This document shows, in pieces, positions 29,742-41,714 of a stretch of DNA of 64,000 nt (positions are counted from its first letter, which is position 1; each line of letters starts with the position of its first letter). The DNA comes from Octopus sinensis (lineage: Eukaryota): assembly GCF_006345805.1 (NCBI RefSeq), contig NC_043008.1, forward strand, positions 43,710,001 to 43,774,000, written 5' to 3'. The notes below the pieces were generated by a model, which saw only the letters and a list, made by a program, of their open reading frames with translations, made no database searches and was not told the DNA's origin. Made by a program: the position numbers and the translations under genes.

Positions 29742-30012
29742 CAATTCTTTTTTATTGGCCACAAGGGCTGACACGCATGATTACATAAAGGGACAAGACA
29801 GGACGAAAGGTTACAAAGGGTTTTGCCGTTTTTGAAAAACATCGAGTAAAAATAGCATCGAAAAATATCTTAGGAATGAGAATCCAGGTTCGAAATTTTC
29901 CCCAAGACACCTGATGAAGGCTGGAGGGTATATCAGCCGAAATGTTGTGTCACCAACAAGCAAGATGAGGACAAATATCCGTAAAACGTAAATAGTGTAA
30001 ATAGTGTACATA
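29355..30012. mobile_element. Inverted pair of about 160-bp repeats (PLE pseudo-LTR-like) around an (AAT)n tract
   Basis: Arm 29355-29517 is the reverse complement of arm 29851-30012. Confidence 0.85.
29906..29951 (+). ncRNA. Minimal type I hammerhead ribozyme motif (PLE type)
   Basis: GACAC-CUGAUGA-A-GGCUG-gagggUaUaU-CAGCC-GAAA-UG-UU-GUGUC: 5-bp stem I, intact core, 5-bp stem II, UH triplet. Activity untested. Confidence 0.75.
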
Positions 30013-30047
30013 ATTCTTCAGCTCTTAAATATAGGACTATATATTTA

Positions 30048-30076
<29 letters not shown>

Positions 30077-30079
<3 letters not shown>

Positions 30080-30382
30080 ATTAGGGATTAAATCCAAACT
30101 TACTGGAAAAATTGGATTTAGGATTAAATCTAATTTTACAGTATAAATATAAATTGGAGATAAAACCACTATTAGGCAAATCAAACAGTGAAAAACATAA
30201 ACCAAAATATAAAAATAAAATTAATTAATATAATATACAAAATATATAAAATATAAAATTCAAAATTTAAATTATTTAAATTTAAAGTTAAAAATTAAAA
30301 ATTATAATTTATATTTATACTATAAAATTAGATTTAATCCTAAATCTAATTTTTTCCTGTAAGTCTGGATTTTCTCCCTAAT

Positions 30383-30385
<3 letters not shown>
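30077..30385. mobile_element. Fold-back element with about 70-bp inverted arms
   Basis: aatattagggattaaatccaaacttactggaaaaattggatttaggattaaatctaatttta is inverted at 30312-30385. Confidence 0.85.
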
Positions 30386-30442
<57 letters not shown>

Positions 30443-30444
<2 letters not shown>

Positions 30445-30768
30445 AGCACTCCGTCGCTTACGACGACGAGGGTCCCAGCTGATATGATCAACGGAACACC
30501 CTGCTCATGAAATTAACGTGCAAGTGGTTGAGCACTCCACGGACACGTGTACCCTAAACATAGTTCTCAGGGAGATTCAGCGTGACACAAAGTGGGAAAA
30601 GGCCGGCCCTTTGAAATACAGGTACAACTCATTTTTGCCAGCTGAGTGGACTGGAGCAATGTGAAATAAAGTGTCTTGCTCAAGGACACAATGCATCGCC
30701 GGGAATCGATCTCTCGACCTTACCATCGTGAGCCGAATGCCATAGCCACTAAGCTACGCGCCTTCACA
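30443..30768 (-). mobile_element. tRNA-derived SINE, family C
   Basis: Reverse-complement head gtgaaggcgcgtagcttagtggctatggcattcggctcacgat...gattcccgg, then gtgtccttgagcaagacacttt; tail ...cgtcgtaagcgacggagtgctcc. Confidence 0.88.
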
Positions 30769-31064
30769 TGTGTGTGTGTGTGTGTCATTGGAAAGATGAA
30801 GAGGATTTCTACGAGTAACGTTACAATAAAAAACAATAGCAAATAGCAGAAAATAGTTTGAGAACTTTGTTATGAATAACAGGAGAAAACGTATTTCAGT
30901 TTTTATCAAACACGCTGCCGGTTCATTCGCTAAAAAAAGGCGATTTAAGCTAAATCGGCTATTTACGCAATTGAACTCGGCAGCTTACCTTGATAAAATT
31001 ATCAATACTCTTTCTTTTATCTATGATAAAATTCCCAAAGCGTTTTTCTTCATTTGATTTTTAA

Positions 31065-31842
31065 TACAGGGTTGCCACTGAAAGATTGAATGATATAAAG
31101 CAAAAATAACGTTTACAAAAACACGGTTTTAAATTTTTCTTATCATTCTTTTTTATCATTATTTTAAAATTTCACTTTCAGAATGTTCTGAATCGATGTT
31201 CTGGCGATGCCTATTTGAGCAGAGCGACAACGGGTAGAAGCTGATGGATTCTCAAGGCCATTCTTATTTCTTGATTGCTCACGAAAGGGCTAAACATAGA
31301 GAGGACACACAAGGACAGACAAACGGATTAAGTCGATTATATCGACCCCAGTGCGTAACTGATACTTACTTAATCGACCCTGAAAGGATGAAAGAGTAAG
31401 TCGACCTCGACAGAATTTGAACTCAGAACGTAGTGGCAGACGAAATACCGCTTAGCTTTTCGCCCGGTGTGCTAACGTTTCCGTCAGCTGACCGCCTTCA
31501 AGGACATTCTGCCGTACAACTTCCACCGCTGCGTCTGTACGGACAGTGCGGTTAGGACCTGTTCCCGGAAGATGGCTGACTGATCCAGTTCTTTCAAACT
31601 GGGCGATTAGATTTCGAATCATGTTATCGCTTACCGGTATTTTATCTGGTTTTGAAGAATTCATCTTTTACTTGAATAGAAACACTCAATCAGTTTTATT
31701 CATTGCTGGACATCATAAATAGCCATTTTAATCTGCAAGGGATGCTCTATAACATGCCAAAGATAAAGTAAAATAAAAAAAGATGGAAAATGAACAAGTT
31801 ATGACTTTTTCAAATCCTTCATTTTTCAGTGGCCACCATGTG
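31065..31842 (-). mobile_element. Internally deleted Tc1/mariner element with TIRs, interrupted by a SINE
   Basis: TA-CAGGGTTGCCACTGAAA (31065-31083) and inverted TTTCAGTGGCCACCATG (31824-31840). Minus strand reads IRNLIAQFERTGSVSHLPGTGPNRTVRTDAAVEVVRQNVLE, then after the SINE NPSASTRCRSAQIGIARTSIQNI (transposase HTH region). Confidence 0.8.
31265..31497 (-). mobile_element. Family A SINE inserted in the mariner, with 13-bp target-site duplication
   Basis: tcaaggccattct (31252-31264) versus tcaaggacattct (31498-31510). Confidence 0.88.
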
Positions 31843-31853
31843 TGTATATATAT

Positions 31854-31919
<66 letters not shown>

Positions 31920-31924
<5 letters not shown>

Positions 31925-32140
31925 TGTATATATATATATGTTGATTCGCTAGCTTCTGCACGCCTTTTTTTCTCTCCTTGTTTCTTTCTGTGTTCTTTTC
32001 TGTGTATCTTTCTGTTGAAGAGCGTAGGCTCGAAACGTAAAAGACTTGTTTTATTTATATTCCTGAGCGCCATACTAATACAATTGTTTGTTTATATTCC
32101 ACCTGTCTTCGTCTTTTGTTTATTTTCATAAAGCTTCCCG

Positions 32141-32206
<66 letters not shown>

Positions 32207-32562
32207 ATTAAATAAGGGTGGAAATTGATATTAATCAATTAAAACCAGTGGCCTAGCATATTTGAAAAAAATGCAAATATTAAAATTTTTTTCAAACAAA
32301 ATTTAGAGGACTGACCACTAACGTCTATATCCAGCATATAGGCTGTCCATTTTTTTAGTGGTTAGTCCTCTAAATTTTGTATATATATATATGTCTATGT
32401 GACTTTGTGGCTACGTTCGTCCTCCCACCAACGCTTGACAACCGGTGTTAGCGTGTTTATGTCACCATTATCTAGCGGTTCATCACAAAAGACTGATAGA
32501 ATAAGTATCAGGCTTTAGTAATAAGTCCTTCAAAGCAGTGCCTCACCATGTCTGGAAGAAGT

Positions 32563-32635
<73 letters not shown>

Positions 32636-32937
32636 ATATATGTATATATGTATATATGTATATATATATTGTATATATATATATGTTGATTCGCTAGCTT
32701 CTGCACGCCTTTTTTTCTCTCCTTGTTTCTTTCTGTGTTTCTTTTCTGTGTATCTTTCTGTTGAAGAGCGTAGGCTCGAAACGTAAAGACTTGTTTTATT
32801 TATATTCCTGAGCGCCATACTAATACAATTGTTTGTTTATATTCCACCTGTCTTCGTCTTTTGTTTATTTTCATAAAGCTTCCCGTTATATATATATATA
32901 TATAATATATATATATATTATATATATATATATATAT

Positions 32938-32973
<36 letters not shown>

Positions 32974-33340
32974 ATTAAATAAGGGTGGAAATTGATATTA
33001 ATCAATTAAAACCAGTGGCCTAGCATATTTGAAAAAAATGCAAATATTAAAATTTTTTTCAAACAAAATTTAGAGGACTGACCACTAACGTCTATATCCA
33101 GCATATAGGCTGTCCATTTTTTTAGTGGTTAGTCCTCTAAATTTTGTATATATATATATAAGTCTATGTGACTTTGTGGCTACGTTCGTCCTCCCACCAA
33201 CGCTTGACAACCGGTGTTAGCGTGTTTATGTCACCATTATCTAGCGGTTCATCACAAAAGACTGATAGAATAAGTATCAGGCTTTAGTAATAAGTCCTTC
33301 AAAGCAGTGCCTCACCATGTCTGGAAGAAGTAAAATATAT
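31920..33340. repeat. Tandem duplication with unit of about 746 bp, bounded by (TA)n
   Basis: atgttgattcgctagcttctgcacgcc at about 31938 and 32683; cctcaccatgtctggaagaagtaaaa closes both units. Differences are mostly single-base indels. Confidence 0.95.
32007..32044 (+). ncRNA. Variant hammerhead-like motif (core CUGUUGA); second copy at 32753-32790
   Basis: UCUUU-CUGUUGA-A-GAGC-guag-GCUC-GAAACGUA-AAAGA. Confidence 0.5.
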
Positions 33341-33379
33341 ATATATATATAATATAATATAATATATATATATATATAT

Positions 33380-33426
<47 letters not shown>

Positions 33427-33489
33427 ATATGTATATTATATATGTATATATATATATGTGTATATATGTATATGTATATATATATTATA

Positions 33490-33534
<45 letters not shown>

Positions 33535-33584
33535 CGTACACATAGACACACATATATATATACACATACATATATATATGTATG

Positions 33585-33616
<32 letters not shown>

Positions 33617-34454
33617 TACGTACATGCATTCATGCACATATATATATATATATATATAATATATATATATATATATTTAAACGAATGGTGTATATGCCAC
33701 AAGCTTCCTGATTAGTTATTAATTAAAAGCGGTTGAATTATTTTCAGAGTTTCAATGATAAAAAAATCAACGTACAAAGAAAATATTCCGGCGGGTTAAA
33801 TATTGCACTTTACAAATCACGAAAATTTGACAGATGTTGTAGACAAAAAGACATTGTGCCTAAAGAGATAATATTTAATTGCTAACTTAAATAGCATACA
33901 GCGTACCGAATCGTTAATTAACTCAGTCTAGTGATTAATCACAACAAAAATTCTTGTAAATTTATAGAAAAGAAGAAATATCGAGACATATTCAAGTGTA
34001 TGTAATATTGTATTTCTATTACTACTCAACGTTGCATTTCTTTATTCTAGAATTTTGGATTTTTCATAACTGATCTAAATTCTAATTTATAACTGGAATG
34101 TTTGGTCTCTGAGAATCAAAATTCCAGAGTTTAAGTGGGCAATAATTAATTGGTTAGCACACTGTTTCCTAACAAATATTTGGTTGTAGATCTTTCTCAG
34201 CCCACTTGAAATTTCATAAGAGAATCATGGTGGACGATGATGAATGGCAAACTAATTGTGGCCGTCTCGTTTGTAAACTATGTGTTTCTGGGTCCAGTCC
34301 TTCTACATTTTCTAAAACGATCGTTACATCAATTAGAGTCTCACTTTTCCTTTTTTATTTACACAAAAAAAAACACACTCACACACAAAGATTTTGAGTA
34401 TACGGACACCTCTAAAAAGGGGTGTTAACTATGACTTCCTAAAAATCAATTGCA

Positions 34455-35888
34455 TATTATGACGTCTGTAATCATTTTGTCACATCTGTAATCATATTGT
34501 AACGCCTGGAATCATATTGTGACATCTGTAATCATATCGTAACGTCTGTATTCATATTGTAACGTCTGTAATCATATTGTAACGTCTGTAATCATAGTGT
34601 AACGTCTGTAATCATATTGTGACATCTGTAATATATTGTGACATCTGTAATCATTGTAACGTCTGTAATAATAGTGGTACGTCTGTAATCATATTGTGAC
34701 ATCTGTAATCATATCGTAACGTCTGTATTCATATTGTAACGTCTGTAATCATATTGTAACGTCTGTAATCATAGTGTAACGTCTGTAATCATATTGTGAC
34801 ATCTGTAATCATATTGTGACATCTGTAATCATATTGTAACGTCTGTAATAATAGTGTAACGTCTGTAATCATATTGTGACATCTGTAATCATATTGTAAC
34901 GTCTGTAATCATATTGTAACGTCTGTAATCATATTGTGACATCTGTAATCATATTGTGACATCTGTAATCATATTGTAACGTCTGTAATCATATTGTAAC
35001 GTCTGTAATCATATTGTAACGTCTGTAATCATATTGTAACGTCTGTAATCATATTGTGACATCTGTAATCATATTGTGACATCTGTAATCATATTGTGAC
35101 ATCTGTAATCATATTGTAACGTCTGTAATCATATTGTAACGTCTGTAATCATATTGTGACATCTGTAATCATATTGTAACGTCTGTAATCATATTGTAAC
35201 GTCTGTAATCATATTGTAACGTCTGTAATCATATTGTAACGTCTGTAATCATAGTGTAACGTCTGTAATCATATTGTGACATCTGTAATCATATTGTGAC
35301 ATCTGTAATCATATTGTAACGTCTGTAATCATATTGTAACGTCTGTAATCATATTGTGACATCTGTAATCATATTGTGACATCTGTAATCATATTGTGAC
35401 ATCTGTAATCATATTGTAACGTATGTAATCATATTGTAACGTCTGTAATCATATTGTGACATCTGTAATCATATTGTGACATCTGTAATCATATTGTGAC
35501 ATTTGTAATCATATTGTAACGTCTGTAATCATATTGTAACGTCTGTAATCATATTGTAACGTCTGTAATCATATTGTGACATCTGTAATCATATTGTGAC
35601 ATCTGTAATCATATTGTGACATCTGTAATCATATTGTAACGTCTGTAATCATATTGTAACGTCTGTAATCATAGTGTAACGTCTGTAATCATATTGTGAC
35701 ATCTGTAATCATATTGTAACGTCTGTAATCATATTGTAACGTCTGTAATCATAGTGTAACGTCTGTAATCATATTGTAACGTCTGTAATCATAGTGTAAC
35801 GTCTGTAATCATATTGTAACATCTGTAATCATATTGTGACATCTGTAATCATAGTGTAACGTCTGTAATCATATTCTAACGTCTGTAA
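34455..35888. repeat. 20-bp minisatellite, about 71 units, TCTGTAATCATATTGT(AACG/GACA)
   Basis: Exact 20-bp period visible from 34681 to 35880; degenerate older repeats extend to about 36300. Confidence 0.98.
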
Positions 35889-36489
35889 ACAATGACTTCC
35901 TTAAAACAATGAAGTATTATGAAGTCTTTAAAGAAATAACAAGCTCTGACGTCCATGAACAATAATGGAATACTGTATTAGAAAATTAACATGCTATGAC
36001 GCCCTTAAAACGATGCAATATTGTGACTTTACATTAAAATGTGTCTTAAACAATGTTATATTATGATGCCAAAAGAAATATAGAATATCTTGTCGCCTTT
36101 AGAAACCTCGAATATCAGGAAATTTATATGTATCAATAAAAAATGGTATTTTTTAGATTGGTATCTTTAGAAAAACAGTATATTGTGGACATTTATGAGT
36201 TTTTAGAAAAATATCTTATGGCATTTAATGTCTTGAGAAAAATATTAAGTTAGAACATTAAATATTTAGAAAAAATAGTATGCTGTGACATTTATGTATT
36301 CTTGCTCTTGTGTAGGTAAAGAAGGCAGTTGCATTAGATTTACTTTTCATTCACTAAAAATATAGGTTCTTCAACGATCTGTTGATGCATATTGTGTTGT
36401 TCATTGATGTTTGTTTTTCAACAATTGTACAAAAAAAAATTATTTCATGGCCTCAGTATTCTGTATCCGTTTAGTAGATTGGTTTCAAA

Positions 36490-36886
36490 TTTTGACACTA
36501 GGCCAACAGTTTCGGGGGTTGATCGATTACATCGACCCCATTCTTCAGCTGGTACTTATTTTATTGACCCTAAAATTATTGACAAAGACGACCTCAGCGG
36601 AATTTGAACTCAGAACGTAGAGACGGACAAAATGCCGCTAAGCATTTTTGCCCGGTGCGCTAACGATTCTGTCTGCTCGCCACCTTTATCTGTTCAATAC
36701 ATTGGCACGTGGCCAGCAATATCAGGAGAGGAGATAAGTCGATTAGAAGTCACTTATTTTATCGACCTCGAAAGGACGAAAGGCAAAGTCGCCTTGGCGA
36801 AATTTGAATTTAAGAATGTAAAGTCGGACGAAATGCCACTGGACATTTTGCCCGGCGCCGTAACGATTGTGCAAGCTCACCGCCTT
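36490..36886 (-). mobile_element. Two head-to-tail family A SINEs
   Basis: gacctcagcggaatttgaactcagaacg (about 36590) and aaagtcgccttggcgaaatttgaatt (about 36785). Confidence 0.88.
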
Positions 36887-37739
36887 TATCTGTTTCGTTT
36901 ACTGAAAAGAAATTTCACAAAGAAATATATCTCATGAAAGAAAATAGAAAATCGAAACACGCAAGGTCTTTGAATGGATCAGCAGAAAAAAAAGTAGATA
37001 TCATATCGAACTAACAGGAGACGGTTTTGTGTCGAAATTTCGATCCGAGAATTCTGTTCTGTCCTAAGTAGAAGCCTTTACGTGGTCAATCGGTCTCCTA
37101 GAATTACTAGCCTAATCTCCCTCAAATAACATCTTACTGCTTTAGAAAAGGGAAGGAGACATGGTATACCAAAAGACATTGTGCTTCCGGCTGGAACGTT
37201 TTTGATCATTAGTCTGATCGATCGGGCTTGATCTGAAGGACAGCTTTCATCATGGTCAAAACCACCACTGCCGCCACCATCAACACCTCCACCACCACCA
37301 CCACCGCCATTACTGCCGCCACCATCACCACCTCCACCACCACCTCCACCTCCACCACCACCACCACTACCACCACCACCATCACCACCAACACCACCAC
37401 CACCACCACTGACGCCACCACCGCCGCCGCCACCACTACCACTACCTCCACCAAAACCACCACCACCACCACCACGTAAACAGGATTAATAACTTGCCAA
37501 TTCTGAAACTAGTTTTATGATACGTCTAGAGATGTCATAAACATGATTGTTCAGAAGATGTCACTTCAAAATATTCTTCGATTCTTCGAATGCTGTCACA
37601 GTGTTACGTTTATTTGTTCTTCTCCAAGTAACCTGTTTTCTTCTCTCCAGTTCTACGATGAGGTTTCCACTGCGTCTAAGCGACCGAGATCACAACAACT
37701 CCCTTAAATGGGACGCCAGTCCATTGTAGGGCTCAATAT

Positions 37740-37920
37740 GAGCAACTTTTGAGGGGAAGGGAACAAGCCGATTACAGCAACCCCAGTACATGACTGGTAC
37801 TTTATTTTATCGATGCCCGAATGGATGGAAGTCAGAAATTACTTCAGTGGGATTTAAACACAGAAGATCCAGACGAAATGTCGCTAAGCTTTTGTCCGAC
37901 TTGCTAACATTTCTGAGACC
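37740..37920 (-). mobile_element. tRNA-derived SINE, family A (diverged)
   Basis: gactggtactttattttatcgatgcccgaatggatggaagtc...gacgaaatgtcgctaagc. Confidence 0.7.
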
Positions 37921-38055
37921 TCAGCGCTTCTTTAGTCATCAATGTGAACATAAATCAAGATATAGCGACGGGTGTATATATGGTATACATAATATATGGT
38001 ATATATATATATATATATAGATAGATAGATAGTACACATAATATAAACTCATATA

Positions 38056-38555
<500 letters not shown>

Positions 38556-38569
38556 ACAGAAAAGAATAC

Positions 38570-38783
38570 GGTCAGTTTCTCTGTTTCCATGGCGTATGTA
38601 CTCCTCACCTGGATGCGACGCCGATCCGTCGCTGGATTACTCCTTTTCCCTAGCTGTCTGGATGGGAGCAATATGAAATGAAGTGTCTTGCTCAAGAACA
38701 CAACGAATCGCGCGGTCCAGGAATCGAAACCACAATCATACGATCACGAGCCAACACCCTAACCACTAAGCCACGCGCCTCCA
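38570..38783 (-). mobile_element. tRNA-derived SINE, family C variant
   Basis: aagtgtcttgctcaagaacacaacg...ggaatcgaaacc...ccctaaccactaagccacgcgcctcc. Confidence 0.85.
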
Positions 38784-40319
38784 TTATGTTATATACGAAG
38801 CAACATATTAAAGTGATGCTGTAATCCCCTTTCCTGGAAGTAAATTACTATTATTTCGTGCATGTTCATTAATATTAGGGGTGGAAGGCTGGAAGGTTGG
38901 TGCATTGAAGTCGACATAAGTGCTGCGTTGTAAGATCTAATCTTGTTACAAAAAAGAAAACACAAACAGGTAACTCATAATGCGTTTCAAGTATTCCAGA
39001 AAACAGCGATATTGAAGGATCTAATCTTCACGACAGCAGTTATTCAATAAATCATCACAGCTGCATTTATCAGCAAGTTAGTATTGATATAGTTCAATAA
39101 GTTTTCCACAGGATTATCGTTCGGTATTTGATTCAGAAAATGATAAAATTAATTATGTATTATACCCAGCATGGCTGTGTTTACCTCATGTTCTCAGCAT
39201 CACGATAATCTCCTAGCAATTATCTCCCCTTTGCCTTCATTTCCTGTTCTCTCAGCAGCTCTAATTCTGCCATTTCTTCGCCGTCCATTGCTTCGTTCTT
39301 TACTTACGTTTTCTAATCTTGCAGCAACTCTTTATCTTAGATTCTAAATCTTTGATATTTTTGCACGAGTCTCATTAAGAAACCTTATTACCATTCTGTA
39401 CCTGATTTATTCTCTGCTTCTTATCCTTTGTTCTTCAGTTATATTTTTGCCCTCCAGTTACTTCTCCGCATCTTCTTTCTGTTCACATTCTTTCTCTTTC
39501 TTCATTGTTAGCTGCCATTTTATTTCCCACTCACTCACTCACTCACTTATTCATTCACTCCCTTACTATCTCTTATAATCACTCCCTTACTAAATCTAAT
39601 AATCCCTCCCTTACTAAATCTTATAATCATTCACTCACTCTCTCTCTCACACAATTTCTCCCCCTCTCTCTCAGTCACTCAGTCATTCACTTTCTCAGTC
39701 ACCTAACCACTCACTCAACCACTGACAGACACACTCACCTCTACACACACTCACTCTCTCACTTCCTGGTTCTTTCCTTCACTCCCTCCTTTCCCCACAC
39801 ACCTCTCCGTATCTCTCCGTTTCTCATCTCAATTTCCTCAAATGTCTCTTCACATAGTCTACCTAACTGGTTTCCACCATATTTAGCTCATCTTCCTCTT
39901 CTTGCATCTCGTACAATCTGACATGTACTCAGCCTCTCAAGCACTGTGCTCTCCCTGCACGGTGTCCGCCTGTTTCTCGAGGTTCTCCTCGTTTTCTTCG
40001 TTCCGTGGTTATTTAATTCATTTTATTCTCATTCAAAACCAGGGCAGTGAGCTGGCAACATCGTTAACATGCCGGACAAGACGAAATGCTTATCAGCATT
40101 ACCTTTACCTTCATCTTCGACTTTTCCTTTCACCAGAGCAAGGGCAATAAAATAACTGAATACGGAGTTCGCTGTGACCGCCTAAAAGTCCCTCCTTGGG
40201 ACTGTAAGAGAAAGTATTTTTTTAAAAACCTGTCTTTGTATACATCAACATATCGGCCGACTCTTCTTTTCTCTGATTTCTGTTCTACTCGTTATTTTAG
40301 CATGTCTCCCTCCTTTCTG

Positions 40320-40930
40320 TACCCACTCACTCACTCACTCACCCACATGTTCACTCATTCATTCACTCATTTACTCACTCATCCATTCACTCATTCATCC
40401 ACTCATTCACTCACTCACTCATTCCTTCACTCACTCACTCACTCATTCACTCACTCACATACTCATTCACTCATTCACTCACTCACTCACTCATTCATTC
40501 ATTCACTCACTCACTCACTCACTCACTTACTCATTCATTCACCCACTCACCATTCATTCATTCACTCACTCACTCACTCACTCACTTACTCATTCATTCA
40601 CTCACTCACTCACTCATTCATTCACTCACTCATTCACTCACTCATTCACTCATTCACTCACTCACTCACTCACTCACTCACTCACTCTCTCACTCACTCA
40701 TCCACTCACTCATTCACTCACTCACTCACTCACTCACTCACTCATTCATTCACCACTCATTCTCACTCATGCACTCACTCCTCACTCACTCACCACTCAC
40801 TCACTCACTCACTCACTCACTCATCACTCACTCATTCACTCACTCACTCACTCATTCACTCACTCACTCATTCCTCACTCACTCATTCACTCACTCACTC
40901 ACTCAATCACTCTCTCACTCACTCATCCAT
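40320..40930. repeat. Long (CACT/CATT)n tetranucleotide tract
   Basis: Seen directly; source of the spurious 388-aa His/Ser/Thr ORF. Confidence 0.95.
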
Positions 40931-41433
40931 ATACTCATACACTAACAAACACTCTCCTCCTCCCCCCTCATCCTTACCATATACACCAAACACTCATAGT
41001 AGTACAGACATGCGCAACAGACATCCACAAAATTCCTTTCAACGCTCAGAAATATTTTATTTCCCTTTTATTTACTTCCAGTTTTTTTTACGTCCTTGCA
41101 AGAAACTCAAAGATACGAATGCACCAGTACACGCACACACACACACATACAGACACACACACATATACACGGAGGAGAAACACATACACACGCACGTGCG
41201 CTCGTACATTACCTTTCAAATATTGCTTAACTTCTATTCCCCAAAAATATAAAAAAACAACTGATCATCAAATGTCTTCTAGCTTCTTGCAAACTAATGC
41301 TTTGCGACCGACTGAACTTGGCTGAGGAAAACTGTGTGGAAGCCTTCGTAATATATATATATATATATAATATAATTTTTTCCGTAATCGATAAAAAACC
41401 AAGGCTGTGATACCATTACCTCTCATAGCTTAT

Positions 41434-41483
<50 letters not shown>

Positions 41484-41714
41484 TATATATATTATATATA
41501 TATATGTATATATATAAATTTGAAAGAAAAAACCACCTATTATCAATTCAATAATAAAAAATTAAATTATACCATTAAAAAAATTATATATTATAGAAAG
41601 ATTAAATATAAGATAAAACATATAACGATGATTAAGTAACGTGCAAAAAGTAAATAAAACGTAAATATATATGTTTTATTCTTCCCTACACCCTCTTTCG
41701 GACACTTACCCTCC

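Noticed and set aside
34455-35888. CRISPR-like appearance of the regular array
   Set aside because: Units are contiguous with no unique spacers, the context is eukaryotic and there are no cas genes.
40086-41252. Longest ORF (388 aa, His/Ser/Thr-rich)
   Set aside because: Translation of the (CACT/CATT)n tract, which lacks stops in that frame; the non-repeat parts show no recognisable domain.
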